Assembly: GCA_023144635.1 (NCBI GenBank)
Contig: JAGLFH010000036.1
Location: 2,645 to 66,644, forward strand
Direction: 5' to 3'
Origin: Candidatus Auribacterota bacterium
GTDB lineage: Bacteria > Auribacterota > JAFGBW01 > JAFGJP01
Length of the DNA stretch: 64,000 nt
The notes under the pieces were generated by a model, which saw only the letters and a program-made list of their open reading frames with translations, was not told where the DNA came from and ran no database searches. The stretch's first letter is position 1. Every line of letters starts with the position of its first letter. The position numbers and the translations under genes were made by a program. Shown here piece after piece: positions 49,592 to 60,284 of this stretch.

Positions 49592-49669
49592 AAAGCTGCC
49601 CCAAAATACTCTCATCCAGTGTTTTGATAATCCTGCCGATAAAGAGCCGGGTGGGTAGCCCGGCTTTTT
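49592..49669 (+). ncRNA. Candidate small RNA (two hairpins, the second an intrinsic terminator)
   Basis: Follows promoter 2; hairpin caaaatact-ctcatcc-agtgttttg; terminator gagccggg-tgggtag-cccggcttttt. Confidence 0.4.
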
Positions 49670-49714
49670 ATTATACTAATGGCTTTTACAAATTAATTAG
49701 CTTAGGATTAATTC

Positions 49715-50338
49715 ATGCAGCAGGAAGATCTTAAAGAAAAAGAAAAATATGAATCTGTGTGGAAACATGATGAATACAGGCATTTTTCACCCGGAGAACG
49801 TGCAATAGATAAATTTGGACTTATTGATCTTCTTAGGAAAAGCCAAGTAAAAACTATTTTAGATGCTGGATGCGGCTCAGGAAAACTCATGCAGAAGATT
49901 CTCGAAGAATGTGGAAGTGAATTTACTGTTCACGGGTTTGATATTGCAGATAACTGCCTTGATCCATATTTCAATAATATAAAAGATGATATACTCACGT
50001 TAGGTGTTCTATGGAATCCTGATGATTTTAATAAAAAGTACGATGCCATAATTTGTACAGATGTTTTAGAACATATTCCAACAAATAAAATTTCTCAAGT
50101 TCTCAATAATCTTTTTAGATGCACCAATACTTTTTGTTATCTCGCAATAGCCTTATTTCAAGATGGATTCGGTCCTGAAATTTTGGGTGAATCATTACAT
50201 CTTACTGTTAAAGAACCTGCATGGTGGCTGGAACAAATAAAAAATGCCGGGTTCAAAGAAATACATCCTTTAACTGAAAAGCACACAAGTGGTGCTGATG
50301 TCTGGCTGCATGTATTCCTTTTAAAGACGAGAGAATAG
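49715..50338 (+). CDS. Class I SAM-dependent methyltransferase
   Basis: ILDAGCGSG, GFDIA, CTDVLEHIP, HLTVKEPAWW. Confidence 0.9.
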   Translation: MQQEDLKEKEKYESVWKHDEYRHFSPGERAIDKFGLIDLLRKSQVKTILDAGCGSGKLMQKILEECGSEFTVHGFDIADNCLDPYFNNIKDDILTLGVLWNPDDFNKKYDAIICTDVLEHIPTNKISQVLNNLFRCTNTFCYLAIALFQDGFGPEILGESLHLTVKEPAWWLEQIKNAGFKEIHPLTEKHTSGADVWLHVFLLKTRE

Positions 50339-50452
50339 AAGATTTCACCACTGAAAAAACACGGAAGAGGACACAGATTAACGCTGATGTTTTAGATCAG
50401 AGGAGAGAAAAAAGTAAGTGGTTGCAGAAAATATAAAGTTCTTTTTTTATTT

Positions 50453-51622
50453 CTAATCTTTTTTAGCTTTAATATCAAAAACTGTTATTTCAGGTCTCGC
50501 TAAAAAACGCACCGGTGGTCCCCATGTTCCAGTCCCCCTGTTTAAATAAAAATAGGACGTGCCTACCCTATGTAAAACAGCCGGCTTTAAAGGAAAGACT
50601 AATCTTGTTATAAGACTAAATGGAAATATCTGTCCACTATGAGTATGCCCTGATAATTGAAGATCATAAAGCCCGATAGCTTCCTTATCAATAATAGGTG
50701 TATGCTTTAAAAGAACAGTAAATTTTTCTTTAGGAAGATCTTTCAAAATATCTTTTTCTGATACTTCAACTACCCCGCCATGCATTTTTCCTGCACGATC
50801 ATCAACACCTGCTATATTAAAAACACCTTTAACAGTTTTCCCTTCACCTCTTAATAGCTTAAAACCTGACATCTCAGTAAACCTTATTGCTTCCTCAAGA
50901 CCTGCATAAAACTCATGATTCCCTGTTACAGCATATTTACCATATTTAGGATTTATCTCTGCAAAAAGTTTTTCTAATCCATTTAAATACTTCATATTGC
51001 TGTCCACAAGATCTCCTGTGGAAACAAGAACATCAGGATTCTGTTCTTTAACTTTTTCTATAATAATTCTTAATCGCTTTTCGTTAACCATCATTCCTAA
51101 ATGTATATCAGATATTTGAACTATTCTTATTTCTCCATTTGCAGTATGGATCTTGGGAGAATATATCTCGACTTTATTTACTTCAATATTTTTTGCTTCA
51201 AAATATCCATAAATAATTATCAGAATAGAAAGCACGCTTGAAATATAAAAAGATATTTTTGAAGTCACAATATATAAAGCAAAACTTTTTTTGAGCATTA
51301 GACCGATCATTAGATTGATTAAATAGTATAAATCAAAAACAAGAGAAATCGAAAAAAACAAAAACAAAAAAGCCATCCAGAAAAAACCGGCATATGAAAG
51401 TAAACGTGATATACACTCTAATCCGTTTTTATCAAACATACGCGCAGCTATGGGAGAAAATGTCATAGAAACAAGAAAAAGCATTACAAAAACACGCCAT
51501 TTCATATTCATATTAAAAGCAGTTTTTGCTTTTAAATAAATATAAAGATGCATGCCGCCATAGATAACGACAAAAAGTAATATAAAAATAATCATTGAGG
51601 CTTTAAGTGAAGTGTTTTCCAT
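50453..51622 (-). CDS. Membrane-bound metallophosphoesterase (YkuE-like)
   Basis: N-terminal TMs; SDIH, GDLVD, GNHE, LKHTP, SGHTHSGQ, GTWGPPVR. Confidence 0.92.
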   Translation of the reverse strand: MENTSLKASMIIFILLFVVIYGGMHLYIYLKAKTAFNMNMKWRVFVMLFLVSMTFSPIAARMFDKNGLECISRLLSYAGFFWMAFLFLFFSISLVFDLYYLINLMIGLMLKKSFALYIVTSKISFYISSVLSILIIIYGYFEAKNIEVNKVEIYSPKIHTANGEIRIVQISDIHLGMMVNEKRLRIIIEKVKEQNPDVLVSTGDLVDSNMKYLNGLEKLFAEINPKYGKYAVTGNHEFYAGLEEAIRFTEMSGFKLLRGEGKTVKGVFNIAGVDDRAGKMHGGVVEVSEKDILKDLPKEKFTVLLKHTPIIDKEAIGLYDLQLSGHTHSGQIFPFSLITRLVFPLKPAVLHRVGTSYFYLNRGTGTWGPPVRFLARPEITVFDIKAKKD

Positions 51623-51668
51623 AGAGTAATAAAGATATTAGTATTTAGTTAAAGTTAAAAGAAAAGTT

Positions 51669-51965
51669 GTCATCCCGCGGTTTAACCGCGGGATCCATGC
51701 AAAATGTTTACTTTCTGCTTTTTATTTTTAACGGGGTTTGCCACGTCGTTTCGCTCCTCGCAATAACGATATTTTACGTTTTTCTTTCACACGGTTCAGG
51801 CAGGCCAGAACCCTACTCACATTTTACTTTTTTTTAATACTTTTCTACACGGGCGCAGTCAAGCGGCGCTGTATCCTATCAAAAATCCGCCAAGCTTTTT
51901 GGAGGACATACTTTTTGTTTTTCTTTGTTTCTTTTTATTCTTTGCGTCTTCGTGACTTTGTGGCT
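51669..51965. repeat. Mosaic cluster of at least five repeat types
   Basis: GTCAT palindrome (51669-51697); ttgccacgtcg..cgcaataacg (51738-51768); GTAG-type elements at 51791-51816 and 51849-51879; tccgccaagctttttggagga; tttgcgtcttcgtgactttgtggc. Confidence 0.75.
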
Positions 51966-52006
51966 ATTTCTTGCATTTCGCATCACTCACAACGCATTAC
52001 TTTTTT

Positions 52007-53515
52007 TCAGGCTCTTCCGTACTTTTTTGTCAATTCTGCAAGAAGTTTTGTTACAGATCTTGTGGTCTCATCACCTTTTAATCTCCACTTCCAATTATTT
52101 TTTATTGTTGCAGGTTTATTGATCCGGCTTTCTTCTCCTAAAGAAAGTATATCCTGAATAGGCACAATGGAAAGTTTTGCAACAGACATTAAAGACATTT
52201 TTACAAACTCTATGCTTATATCTTTAATTCCTACTTTGTATCCAAGATACTTGAAAAGTTTTTTCTTGGTTTCCTTTCCTGCATCATTTTTAAACCATCC
52301 TTTAACTGTGTTATTATCATGAGTACCAGTATAGACAACAGAGTTCTCTACATGGTTATGAGGAACATAAGGATTTGTAGCCAGATCATCTCCAAAAGCA
52401 AATTGCAGGACTTTCATTCCCGGAAGTCCAAAATAATCCATAACATCCCGAACATCCTGCGTAATAAACCCGAGATCTTCTGCAATAATAGAATTTTTAG
52501 GAAATCTTTTTAGTAATTTACTGAAAAAATCCTTTGCAGGTACTTTTATCCATTTTCCATTTAATGCTGTTCTTTTTCCTGCAGGAACTTCCCAATATGC
52601 AACAAAACCTCTAAAATGATCAATACGCACTCTATCAAAAAGATCAAAATTATGATGCATTCTCTTAAACCACCATGAATAATTTGTTTTTTTGAGTATG
52701 TTCCATTTGTATACAGGATTTCCCCAAAGCTGGCCTGTAGCGCTAAAATAATCAGGAGGCACACCGGAAAGTGCAGTCATCTTTTTTGTATTTTTATCTA
52801 GTTTAAATATTTTACTGTTAGACCATACATCAGAGCTGTCATAGTCAACATATATAGGAATATCACCTATTATGCCTATTCCTTTTTTATTACAATAATT
52901 TTTTAACTGAGCCCACTGTTTTAAAAAAACAAACTGTAATAATTTTTCTTTTTCTATTTCTTCTTTTAGCTCCAGTTTTAGTTGTTTTAAAACTGACTTC
53001 TTCCTGTCTCTTATTTCAACAGGCCACAAATTCCAACATTTATCATTAAATTTTTCTTTTAATGCCATAAAAAGAGCAAAATCATCCAGCCAAAAAGCAT
53101 GATGCAGACAAAATGATTTATAGCCTTCTCTTTTCTTTTCTCTTTTTTTGAATGTATTATAAGCTATATTTAAAAGCTGCTCTTTATACTTTACTACCAC
53201 TTTAAAATCTATTGTTCCTTTTAAAAATCTTGGTTTTTTTTGAAGGTCAGCCTGCTTTATAAAACCATCTTTAACCATTAATTCAGGACTTATAAGAAGC
53301 GTGTTCCCTGCAAATGCAGAAATACTGCTATAGGGAGAATAGCACCCTCCATGATGAGGGTGATTAAGAGGAAGTATCTGCCAAAAACTTTGTTTTGATG
53401 ATGAAAGAAAATCTGCAAATCTGTATGCAGCAGGCCCGATATCGCCTATTCCATAAGGAGATGGTAGAGACCTTACAGGTAATAATATTCCGCTAGATCT
53501 TTTCTTATCTTTCAT
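52007..53515 (-). CDS. malQ: 4-alpha-glucanotransferase (amylomaltase, GH77)
   Basis: WQILPL, GDIPIYV, GVPPDYFS.TGQLWGNP, RIDHFRG, IAEDLG, YTGTHDN. Confidence 0.97.
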   Translation of the reverse strand: MKDKKRSSGILLPVRSLPSPYGIGDIGPAAYRFADFLSSSKQSFWQILPLNHPHHGGCYSPYSSISAFAGNTLLISPELMVKDGFIKQADLQKKPRFLKGTIDFKVVVKYKEQLLNIAYNTFKKREKKREGYKSFCLHHAFWLDDFALFMALKEKFNDKCWNLWPVEIRDRKKSVLKQLKLELKEEIEKEKLLQFVFLKQWAQLKNYCNKKGIGIIGDIPIYVDYDSSDVWSNSKIFKLDKNTKKMTALSGVPPDYFSATGQLWGNPVYKWNILKKTNYSWWFKRMHHNFDLFDRVRIDHFRGFVAYWEVPAGKRTALNGKWIKVPAKDFFSKLLKRFPKNSIIAEDLGFITQDVRDVMDYFGLPGMKVLQFAFGDDLATNPYVPHNHVENSVVYTGTHDNNTVKGWFKNDAGKETKKKLFKYLGYKVGIKDISIEFVKMSLMSVAKLSIVPIQDILSLGEESRINKPATIKNNWKWRLKGDETTRSVTKLLAELTKKYGRA

Positions 53516-53529
53516 TTTTTCAAGTTTTT

Positions 53530-53760
53530 TCTGCTCGGAAACACAGGCTCCAGAATTTTGTATATTTACGTGGTTCCCCGCTTTCGCGAGGATGACGACT
53601 CTTTGTAACTCAAATGGTCGCCCCTATCTAAGAACCACCTTTTGAGGATTTGCATTTTACTTTTTATAACGGGCGGAGACAAGCGCCGCCCCTACATTCT
53701 TCCTATCTTTTATTCTCTCTTTTCTTTTAAAATCAGCGTCATCAGCGTTTATCTGCGTCC
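53530..53760. repeat. Mosaic repeat cluster
   Basis: tggttccccgctttcgcgaggatgac (53571-53596); acgggcggagacaagcgccgcccctac (53669-53695); atcagcgtcatcagcgtttatctgcgtcc. Confidence 0.7.
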
Positions 53761-53815
53761 AATTTTATAATACCGCGCTTTAGCGCTCATTCAATTTGTC
53801 ATTTGGAATTTGCTT

Positions 53816-56242
53816 CTAATCTATCATTACACCAAGATATCTTCCGAGATTGTCAAAGACTTCAATCCACTCTTTAGCTTTGTCATCACCATTTTCAGAT
53901 TTTGTTTCTACACCGGGATAAATCTTTATCCCCATGTCAAAAAATATGTTCTGGGCTCTTGAAAGATCAAGTTTAAGAGGAAGAACTAACAATGTTTGTA
54001 AAATAAGTGTGAGCTTTGTTATAAGCATAATATCTTCGGGAGATTTTACTATTTCCTGCATAAGGCTATTTATTTTCTGGCTTGCTATATACCCTAGATC
54101 TTCTTTATCAAGCTGAAACTTCCATTTATCTATCTCTTCTGCAAGTTTCTGAAGCCCCTCTATATCATACTTATCAGCTTCTAAAAGTCGTTTAAGCTCT
54201 ATATTGAACATAAATTCTAAAGGTGCTGAGAGTGTTTTTGGAAGAGGCATATTAAGCTCTTTCATTACCTGCATTATAGGGTAATGCTCTTCATATATCC
54301 TTAAAGCAAAACCTTCGATTTCACTTGATGTTGCCTCAAGCAGTCCGTTCATTATTTTTCTTTGTTCATCTCTAAAAAGATGCCACAAAGAATAATTGTT
54401 TGATCCGAAATGTTCATGTATAAGACGGATCGTTCCAGGCATATCATTTTTCACAAAACTTTCTTTAATTGCATTCATCATTTTTTGGAATGCATCATCC
54501 TCCATATCTATCATCACACCACCATCCAAATTGTGATCTCCAAGATGCACAAAAGCAAAGCTTAACAGGCTTTCCTCCAGTGTAACTTTTGAAACAATAT
54601 GAGCTTTTCCTATAACAAGTTTTTGTTTACCTATTTCTTCTTTCTCATATATTTCTCTTTTAGCTGTGTAACAATATATATTTATATCATCCTCTATATA
54701 CTCTTCAAAAAGAGATGAAGCTCCAAAATGGGCTCCTACCCTTTGGAGATCTATAGATGATGATTTGATATATGCATTCCATATATCTTTTCCGTTTTTA
54801 AAATCTTTAACATTACTTGGGGCTTTTTCTATTATCTTAAGATATCCCTCACCCCAATCGACGCCATTAATATCTCTGGCAAGTTGTATCGCACGTGCAG
54901 CATACTGCATTATCTGAACAGTTTCAATTCCTGATATTTCATCAAAAAACCATCCGCAGCTTGTATACATAAGCTGCGCATGACGCTGCATTTCAAGAAG
55001 CTTTAATATTTTTATCTTATCTTCCGTTGATAATTCTTTTGAGATATTTTCCTTAAAGAATTTATCTATATTTGTTATGGATCTTTCAAGAATAATATTT
55101 ATATATTTATTTCTTATTCTCCAAGGATCATCTGTAAAATTTTTCATCTCCTGTTCAAATAAAGGAATCAATGCATCTCTTAAAAAATCCATTGCATTTC
55201 TTAACGGCTCTCTCCATTTTTGCGTCCAACCCTGCCCGCTTCCAATAGCACATCCACAGTCTTTTCTCCATCTGTCCACACCATGCGCACAGCTCCATGA
55301 GCTATTCTCAACAATTTCCACCTCAAATATAGGCGCTAATTTACTTAAGAATTCACCGTAAATCGTTAGCTTTCCTTTCCCGTTTGATTCTATATGGTGA
55401 AGACAGTAAGTAAGCGCCATCTCTCCAAAACGGTGATGATGGCCATATGTCTCCCCATCTGTAGCAATATGTACAAGCTGTGACTTCGGTCCATCCTTAT
55501 GAAAAAGTCCGGTAAGTCTGTCGGCAAACGTTACGCCATCTTTTAAAAGCCCGCTAAAAGCTATGTCATGAGATACCGGTCCATCATAAAAAAATACAGT
55601 TATAGTTCTTCCTGATGGTAAATTGCAAAGATACGGAAGTTTTGGATCAATACTTCCATTTGTTTTTTCCCATTTTTTCACACCTAGCTTTCTTTTTCTG
55701 AAAGCCTGATGAGGAGCAAGTATCGCAAATTTTATTCCCATTTCAGCCATAATATCAAGTGATTCAATATCTACTGCCGTCTCAGGAAGCCACATGCCTT
55801 CAGGGTGCCTTTTAAATCTGTATGCAAAATCTTCTATACCCCAAATTATCTGTGTTCTTTTATCTTTAGAATTAGCAAGCGGCATTATAATGTGATTATA
55901 AGCCTGAGCTATTGCAGAGCCATGGCCGGAGAAATTCTTCATACTTATTTTATCTGCTTCTAATATTGCCTTATATACATCCGGATCGTTCTTTTCCATC
56001 CATGAAAGAAGCGTAGGTCCAAAATTAAAACTCATCTTTGAATAATTATTAATAATATTTACTATTCTTTTTTTTGTGTCAAGAATGCGAGAAGCTGTAT
56101 TAGGGCCATAACATTCCGCTGTTATACGTGCATTCCAATCATGAAACGGGTATGCAGAATCCTGCAGTTCTACAGCCTCTAACCATGGATTCTCTCTAGG
56201 GGGTTGATAAAAGTGTCCGTGGATGCAAACATAGTTTGACAT
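53816..56242 (-). CDS. Glycoside hydrolase family 57 with DUF3536
   Basis: IHGHFYQPPRENPW, GMWLPETAVD, ATDGETYGHH, SWSCAHGV.RW, MYTSCGWFFD. Confidence 0.93.
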   Translation of the reverse strand: MSNYVCIHGHFYQPPRENPWLEAVELQDSAYPFHDWNARITAECYGPNTASRILDTKKRIVNIINNYSKMSFNFGPTLLSWMEKNDPDVYKAILEADKISMKNFSGHGSAIAQAYNHIIMPLANSKDKRTQIIWGIEDFAYRFKRHPEGMWLPETAVDIESLDIMAEMGIKFAILAPHQAFRKRKLGVKKWEKTNGSIDPKLPYLCNLPSGRTITVFFYDGPVSHDIAFSGLLKDGVTFADRLTGLFHKDGPKSQLVHIATDGETYGHHHRFGEMALTYCLHHIESNGKGKLTIYGEFLSKLAPIFEVEIVENSSWSCAHGVDRWRKDCGCAIGSGQGWTQKWREPLRNAMDFLRDALIPLFEQEMKNFTDDPWRIRNKYINIILERSITNIDKFFKENISKELSTEDKIKILKLLEMQRHAQLMYTSCGWFFDEISGIETVQIMQYAARAIQLARDINGVDWGEGYLKIIEKAPSNVKDFKNGKDIWNAYIKSSSIDLQRVGAHFGASSLFEEYIEDDINIYCYTAKREIYEKEEIGKQKLVIGKAHIVSKVTLEESLLSFAFVHLGDHNLDGGVMIDMEDDAFQKMMNAIKESFVKNDMPGTIRLIHEHFGSNNYSLWHLFRDEQRKIMNGLLEATSSEIEGFALRIYEEHYPIMQVMKELNMPLPKTLSAPLEFMFNIELKRLLEADKYDIEGLQKLAEEIDKWKFQLDKEDLGYIASQKINSLMQEIVKSPEDIMLITKLTLILQTLLVLPLKLDLSRAQNIFFDMGIKIYPGVETKSENGDDKAKEWIEVFDNLGRYLGVMID

Positions 56243-56336
56243 TTGTTCCTCCCATCTATATTAAAACATCATAATTATTGTTATTACTTAAAAATTATTA
56301 TACCGCAAAATCATAAGATTATACACCTTAATAAAA

Positions 56337-56537
56337 AGTGTCTAAAGTGTACTAAAGTTTGAAGTGCCTAAAGTGAAAGGAGCACTTGCTTATAAAATCG
56401 TTGTTCGTCGTTCGTGAAGCGTGATTCGTGATTCGTGAAAGGAACGCTTTGCTTATACTATAATATTAACCACTGAAAAAACACGGATATGTATGGGAAA
56501 AGTAAAAAGATCTGTGAACCTGACAGTATAAAAAAAG
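56337..56537 (+). repeat. Left composite direct repeat (modules A, H, B)
   Basis: A (56362-56412) matches 60851-60901 at 49/51; B (56466-56537) matches 60782-60853 at 64/72; a tcgtgat heptamer tract (H) lies between them. Confidence 0.85.
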
Positions 56538-56538
56538 C

Positions 56539-56585
56539 ACCTGAAATGGTATTGTTTTTTGAAAAAAAACAATACCATTTCAGGT
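56539..56585. terminator. 22-bp perfect inverted repeat downstream of the LGFP gene
   Basis: acctgaaatggtattgtttttt-gaa-aaaaaacaataccatttcaggt. Confidence 0.6.
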
Positions 56586-56693
56586 TTACACCCATAAAAG
56601 TTATGGGCTAATAATTGAAAATACAGTTCTTTATGTTAGAATCTTTTTTCGAATATTTTTAAATTATCTAAAATATTAATTATTATTTTAATA

Positions 56694-59600
56694 TTAAGAA
56701 ACATTAAAACTATTTCGAATAAACTCAATATCTTTCAGAAGTAAATCAGCTGCTCGCTCTGTTAGACCGTCACCTTTATCTCTGAGTATTTTATTTTCTA
56801 TTTGATCCAACATTCCATGATAAAAGCCCGGATTTTGTGTTTTGAAGCTATCAGCATTCAAGGCATGATTTTTAAGAAACATATACATATTTTTTTGTGT
56901 GATCTCATTCATACTGTATAACTGATCAACTGTCTGAGCAAAGCCTGATAGATCTGCTTTTAATGCATACTGTGCTGTTTTTGTTGTTTTATGGCCTGCA
57001 TTATCAATTGCCGTTACAGTTAAGGTATAAGTTCCAAGAGGCTGCCAGAATAAGTCAATTGTATAGCCGCTTTTGACTTCTTGATTATTATACAATGCCG
57101 TATAATTGCTAATTCCTGAGCCTGGTGAGGGATCAATTACTGAGTAAGACAAAGATGCTGTTTCCACTCTGGTGTAGGAAAACTGGCTGAATGATACTTC
57201 AACTTGAGGAGGAACCATATCAATTTTTAATTCTATGCTTCGAATTTGACTTTTATGATAAGAGTTATCCATTGCCCGATAAAAGATTGTAGATTCTCCA
57301 TTAATATCAAAAATAAAAGGTTCTTCATAAGTATTCCATACTGATTTATCCAGTGAATATTCAATCAGTTTGATTCCTGTCTGACTAAAATCTTCTGCTA
57401 TAAGTTCAATTTTAACAGGTGCTATCAACCAATCATTTTCACCATAGTTTGTTTCACTTAAATAATGGTGAACTTTAGGAGCTTCGGCTTCAATTCTTGT
57501 GCTTTCACCTGATTTCACAGTCACTTCTCCAACAACAATTTCTTCACTTTCCTTACCGTTTTTCACAACAATTGTCCCTGTTATATCGGGACCGTCTGTT
57601 TCAAAAACAGCTTCTTTACCGGCTCTTTTAACAGTAGCTTTAATACTTTGTCCTTTAATTAATTTCATATCACGAAATTCAATCCATTGTTCTTTATTTC
57701 CGGCTGCAAGAGTAATTGTTGCTAGGTTAGATTCCAAAGCTTCACTCGCAGTGTAGGTAATTGATGGAGTAGATTTTGTCTCATCCACTTTAATGCGGCA
57801 TGGAAACTCTCTTGATCCTTCACCAATGAGCTTTGCTCCAAAAGTTCCTGAATCCATACACCACTCAAATTCAGTTCCATCAGGAATATTTGCACGCAAG
57901 CGAAGGTCATATTTAAATGATCTGTTCTCACCCTCACCATAATAAAGATGAGCAACGGGCTCGTTTCCATCTGAATAATCACTCACTGGTATACCGGAAA
58001 AATCAGGTATTCTTAAATCAGGTTCTTCTTCAATTATGGTCTGATCAGGATTATCAGGATCAGCTTTATAGTATTGATTTCCATTTCCATCTTCAATTTG
58101 CGTTGCTTCTGCTGTATCACCAACAACTATAAACAATACTCCTGTAAGCAACTTCGATAAATATTCCATGGGAGATGGATTCTGCTTATTTACAAGATAA
58201 AAGGGTGTAGCTAACATTCTATAGCTGCCATCACTGTTCCCAAATTTATGTCCGTTAATACTATCATGAATAAAGGTATTATTAGCTTTATTGATAACTA
58301 CTTTATTCTTATTAGAATTCATATTGTTTCTATCAGAATTTTCGGGCTCACTGTTTACATAAGGAAGATTTGGATCAGCTATATAAATAACAAGCTCATC
58401 TCCATTCTCTTCCCATTTATAAGGCCTTAAAGCATGCCCACCTTTAATAATATTCGAGTCTATTATACTTAAAATGCAAGGTTCTCCTTTATCGTTCCAT
58501 TCTTTTGTCTTGTAAAACCAGTAAACAGCATCTCTGGTCCTGCCTGCAAAGAATGTTTCTATAAAATATGCTATAGAAGGCATTTGTAATTGATAACCTT
58601 GTTTAATAATTATTTCGTCTACCAAAGTCAGATGAACAGGATCACTCTGGTCAGGTCTGCTACCATCTTGCGTATCAAGCCAGTAACGATGAATGGGCTG
58701 AGATGCTAAAGATCGTCCAAGTTGAGCGTAGATTGATTCTAAACTCATCCCAAAACAACATCCGCCTTTTACCTTTGATTTGTATAGTATTTGATAAAAT
58801 AGATGATTAAAAGGATGAAAAATAGGTGAATCATCAAATTCTGCATCCGAAAAAGTAGCTGCATAATGGTTATAAGTTACGTTCTCTGCTGGAAAGTTGT
58901 TAAATGACCACCACATATTCTGCCGAAAAGCATCAATATTTCCACTCTCATAAGGAATAGGATTTTGCATGCTGTATGTGGCTCTAAAAACGCCATCTCT
59001 GCCTCTAACTTCTTTCACAGCATTTTCTAAAATTCCCCAAAGATTATCAATTGTGTATAAACGTTCAAGCTTACCCATATGATCATCCTTAGACGGCCAA
59101 TCCGCATCCCAGGCTTCCATTCTGACAGAAAGTTCAAAACCACCTGATAAACGTCCAATTGAAACAGTTTCATCTAAATTATGACTTCCATTACTCCAAT
59201 CACCACTGCTTGGACGTCTAAAATTGTTAACGTATCCTGTATTACTCGTTAATGCAATATTGACATAAAGATCGGCTGCACTTCCCCAGCCTCCACCGGC
59301 GCCTTCAAACCTTTGTATATAAAGATTGAGGTTTTGAAAAGCCCAAATATCGCCATTAGTTAGACGAACCAGAACTCCATTTTGAAAATCTACATAACGA
59401 ACTCCTGACGGCCTTGTAATTTCTGCACTAACAGGTAACCCTAGCCATCCCAACGCTCCATTATACTGATCAATGTAAGCGGATTGAATATCATTAGATA
59501 AATAATAAGTGTTATTGTTAGGGGGAAGGTAAATACTCCCATTTTCAAAATCCTGCACATATGCTTGATGAACATTACCTTTCTTTACATCCATCATTTC

Positions 59601-60284
59601 GGACATTGGCCATCCAATTTCGGAAGATCCGCCAAGACTATACCAGTATTCTCTTATAGGAGAAAAAACAGCGTTAAGTCCTAATGAAAAATGATAAATC
59701 AGATCTGCATTTTCAAATTTCTGAGAAAAAATTGCACCATTTTTGACTGAAGGTTCTATCGGTAAGCCTAATTCAGTTTGATGCGTGACATAATATGGAT
59801 AAAGTTCACCAAAAACAATTTCACCATTAAGTTCATCCGTATTAAAAATGACCATTCCTCTTTCAAATTTAGCATAATAAATGTTTCCATCTTGATTGTA
59901 CTCTTCAATGGGCTGGCCCAAATAGTTAATCATAGTTTGAGCAATCCTATTTAAAATTCTATTATCAAAATAATCCAGAGTTATCCAATAATCATAAAAA
60001 TCATTTGTGTGCAAAAAAGCTCCCCATGCCTCTGAGTAAAGAATTACACCGTTTTCAAATTTCTGTCTCTTTCCTCCGACGATAGAATCAGTTTCATTTT
60101 CAAGCGGCGCCCCCAAAACAGCCACTCCTCCAAGTTGAGTCCAAAGCTGGCCAATAGGAGCGCTTTGATCAACGATAAGACCGTCCCATTCAGGAAGACT
60201 TAAGCCATAAATGGAAGATAAAGGTAATAACAGAATGATAGTAAACATCAATAACATTAGACATTTCTTACTTTTTTTATTCAT
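56694..60284 (-). CDS. Large secreted modular protein: LGFP repeats, C2-like domain, papain-like domain, Ig-like domains
   Basis: Signal peptide; LGAP/LGQP/LGLP/IGWP with QxFENG repeats; AWDAD..DDHMG; GGCCFGMS..GGHAL..IADPN; two Ig-like modules. Confidence 0.8.
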   Translation of the reverse strand: MNKKSKKCLMLLMFTIILLLPLSSIYGLSLPEWDGLIVDQSAPIGQLWTQLGGVAVLGAPLENETDSIVGGKRQKFENGVILYSEAWGAFLHTNDFYDYWITLDYFDNRILNRIAQTMINYLGQPIEEYNQDGNIYYAKFERGMVIFNTDELNGEIVFGELYPYYVTHQTELGLPIEPSVKNGAIFSQKFENADLIYHFSLGLNAVFSPIREYWYSLGGSSEIGWPMSEMMDVKKGNVHQAYVQDFENGSIYLPPNNNTYYLSNDIQSAYIDQYNGALGWLGLPVSAEITRPSGVRYVDFQNGVLVRLTNGDIWAFQNLNLYIQRFEGAGGGWGSAADLYVNIALTSNTGYVNNFRRPSSGDWSNGSHNLDETVSIGRLSGGFELSVRMEAWDADWPSKDDHMGKLERLYTIDNLWGILENAVKEVRGRDGVFRATYSMQNPIPYESGNIDAFRQNMWWSFNNFPAENVTYNHYAATFSDAEFDDSPIFHPFNHLFYQILYKSKVKGGCCFGMSLESIYAQLGRSLASQPIHRYWLDTQDGSRPDQSDPVHLTLVDEIIIKQGYQLQMPSIAYFIETFFAGRTRDAVYWFYKTKEWNDKGEPCILSIIDSNIIKGGHALRPYKWEENGDELVIYIADPNLPYVNSEPENSDRNNMNSNKNKVVINKANNTFIHDSINGHKFGNSDGSYRMLATPFYLVNKQNPSPMEYLSKLLTGVLFIVVGDTAEATQIEDGNGNQYYKADPDNPDQTIIEEEPDLRIPDFSGIPVSDYSDGNEPVAHLYYGEGENRSFKYDLRLRANIPDGTEFEWCMDSGTFGAKLIGEGSREFPCRIKVDETKSTPSITYTASEALESNLATITLAAGNKEQWIEFRDMKLIKGQSIKATVKRAGKEAVFETDGPDITGTIVVKNGKESEEIVVGEVTVKSGESTRIEAEAPKVHHYLSETNYGENDWLIAPVKIELIAEDFSQTGIKLIEYSLDKSVWNTYEEPFIFDINGESTIFYRAMDNSYHKSQIRSIELKIDMVPPQVEVSFSQFSYTRVETASLSYSVIDPSPGSGISNYTALYNNQEVKSGYTIDLFWQPLGTYTLTVTAIDNAGHKTTKTAQYALKADLSGFAQTVDQLYSMNEITQKNMYMFLKNHALNADSFKTQNPGFYHGMLDQIENKILRDKGDGLTERAADLLLKDIEFIRNSFNVS

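Noticed and set aside
51738-52157. 139-aa ORF starting MPRRFAPRN
   Set aside because: It begins in a palindromic repeat, crosses the repeat cluster and overlaps malQ antisense.
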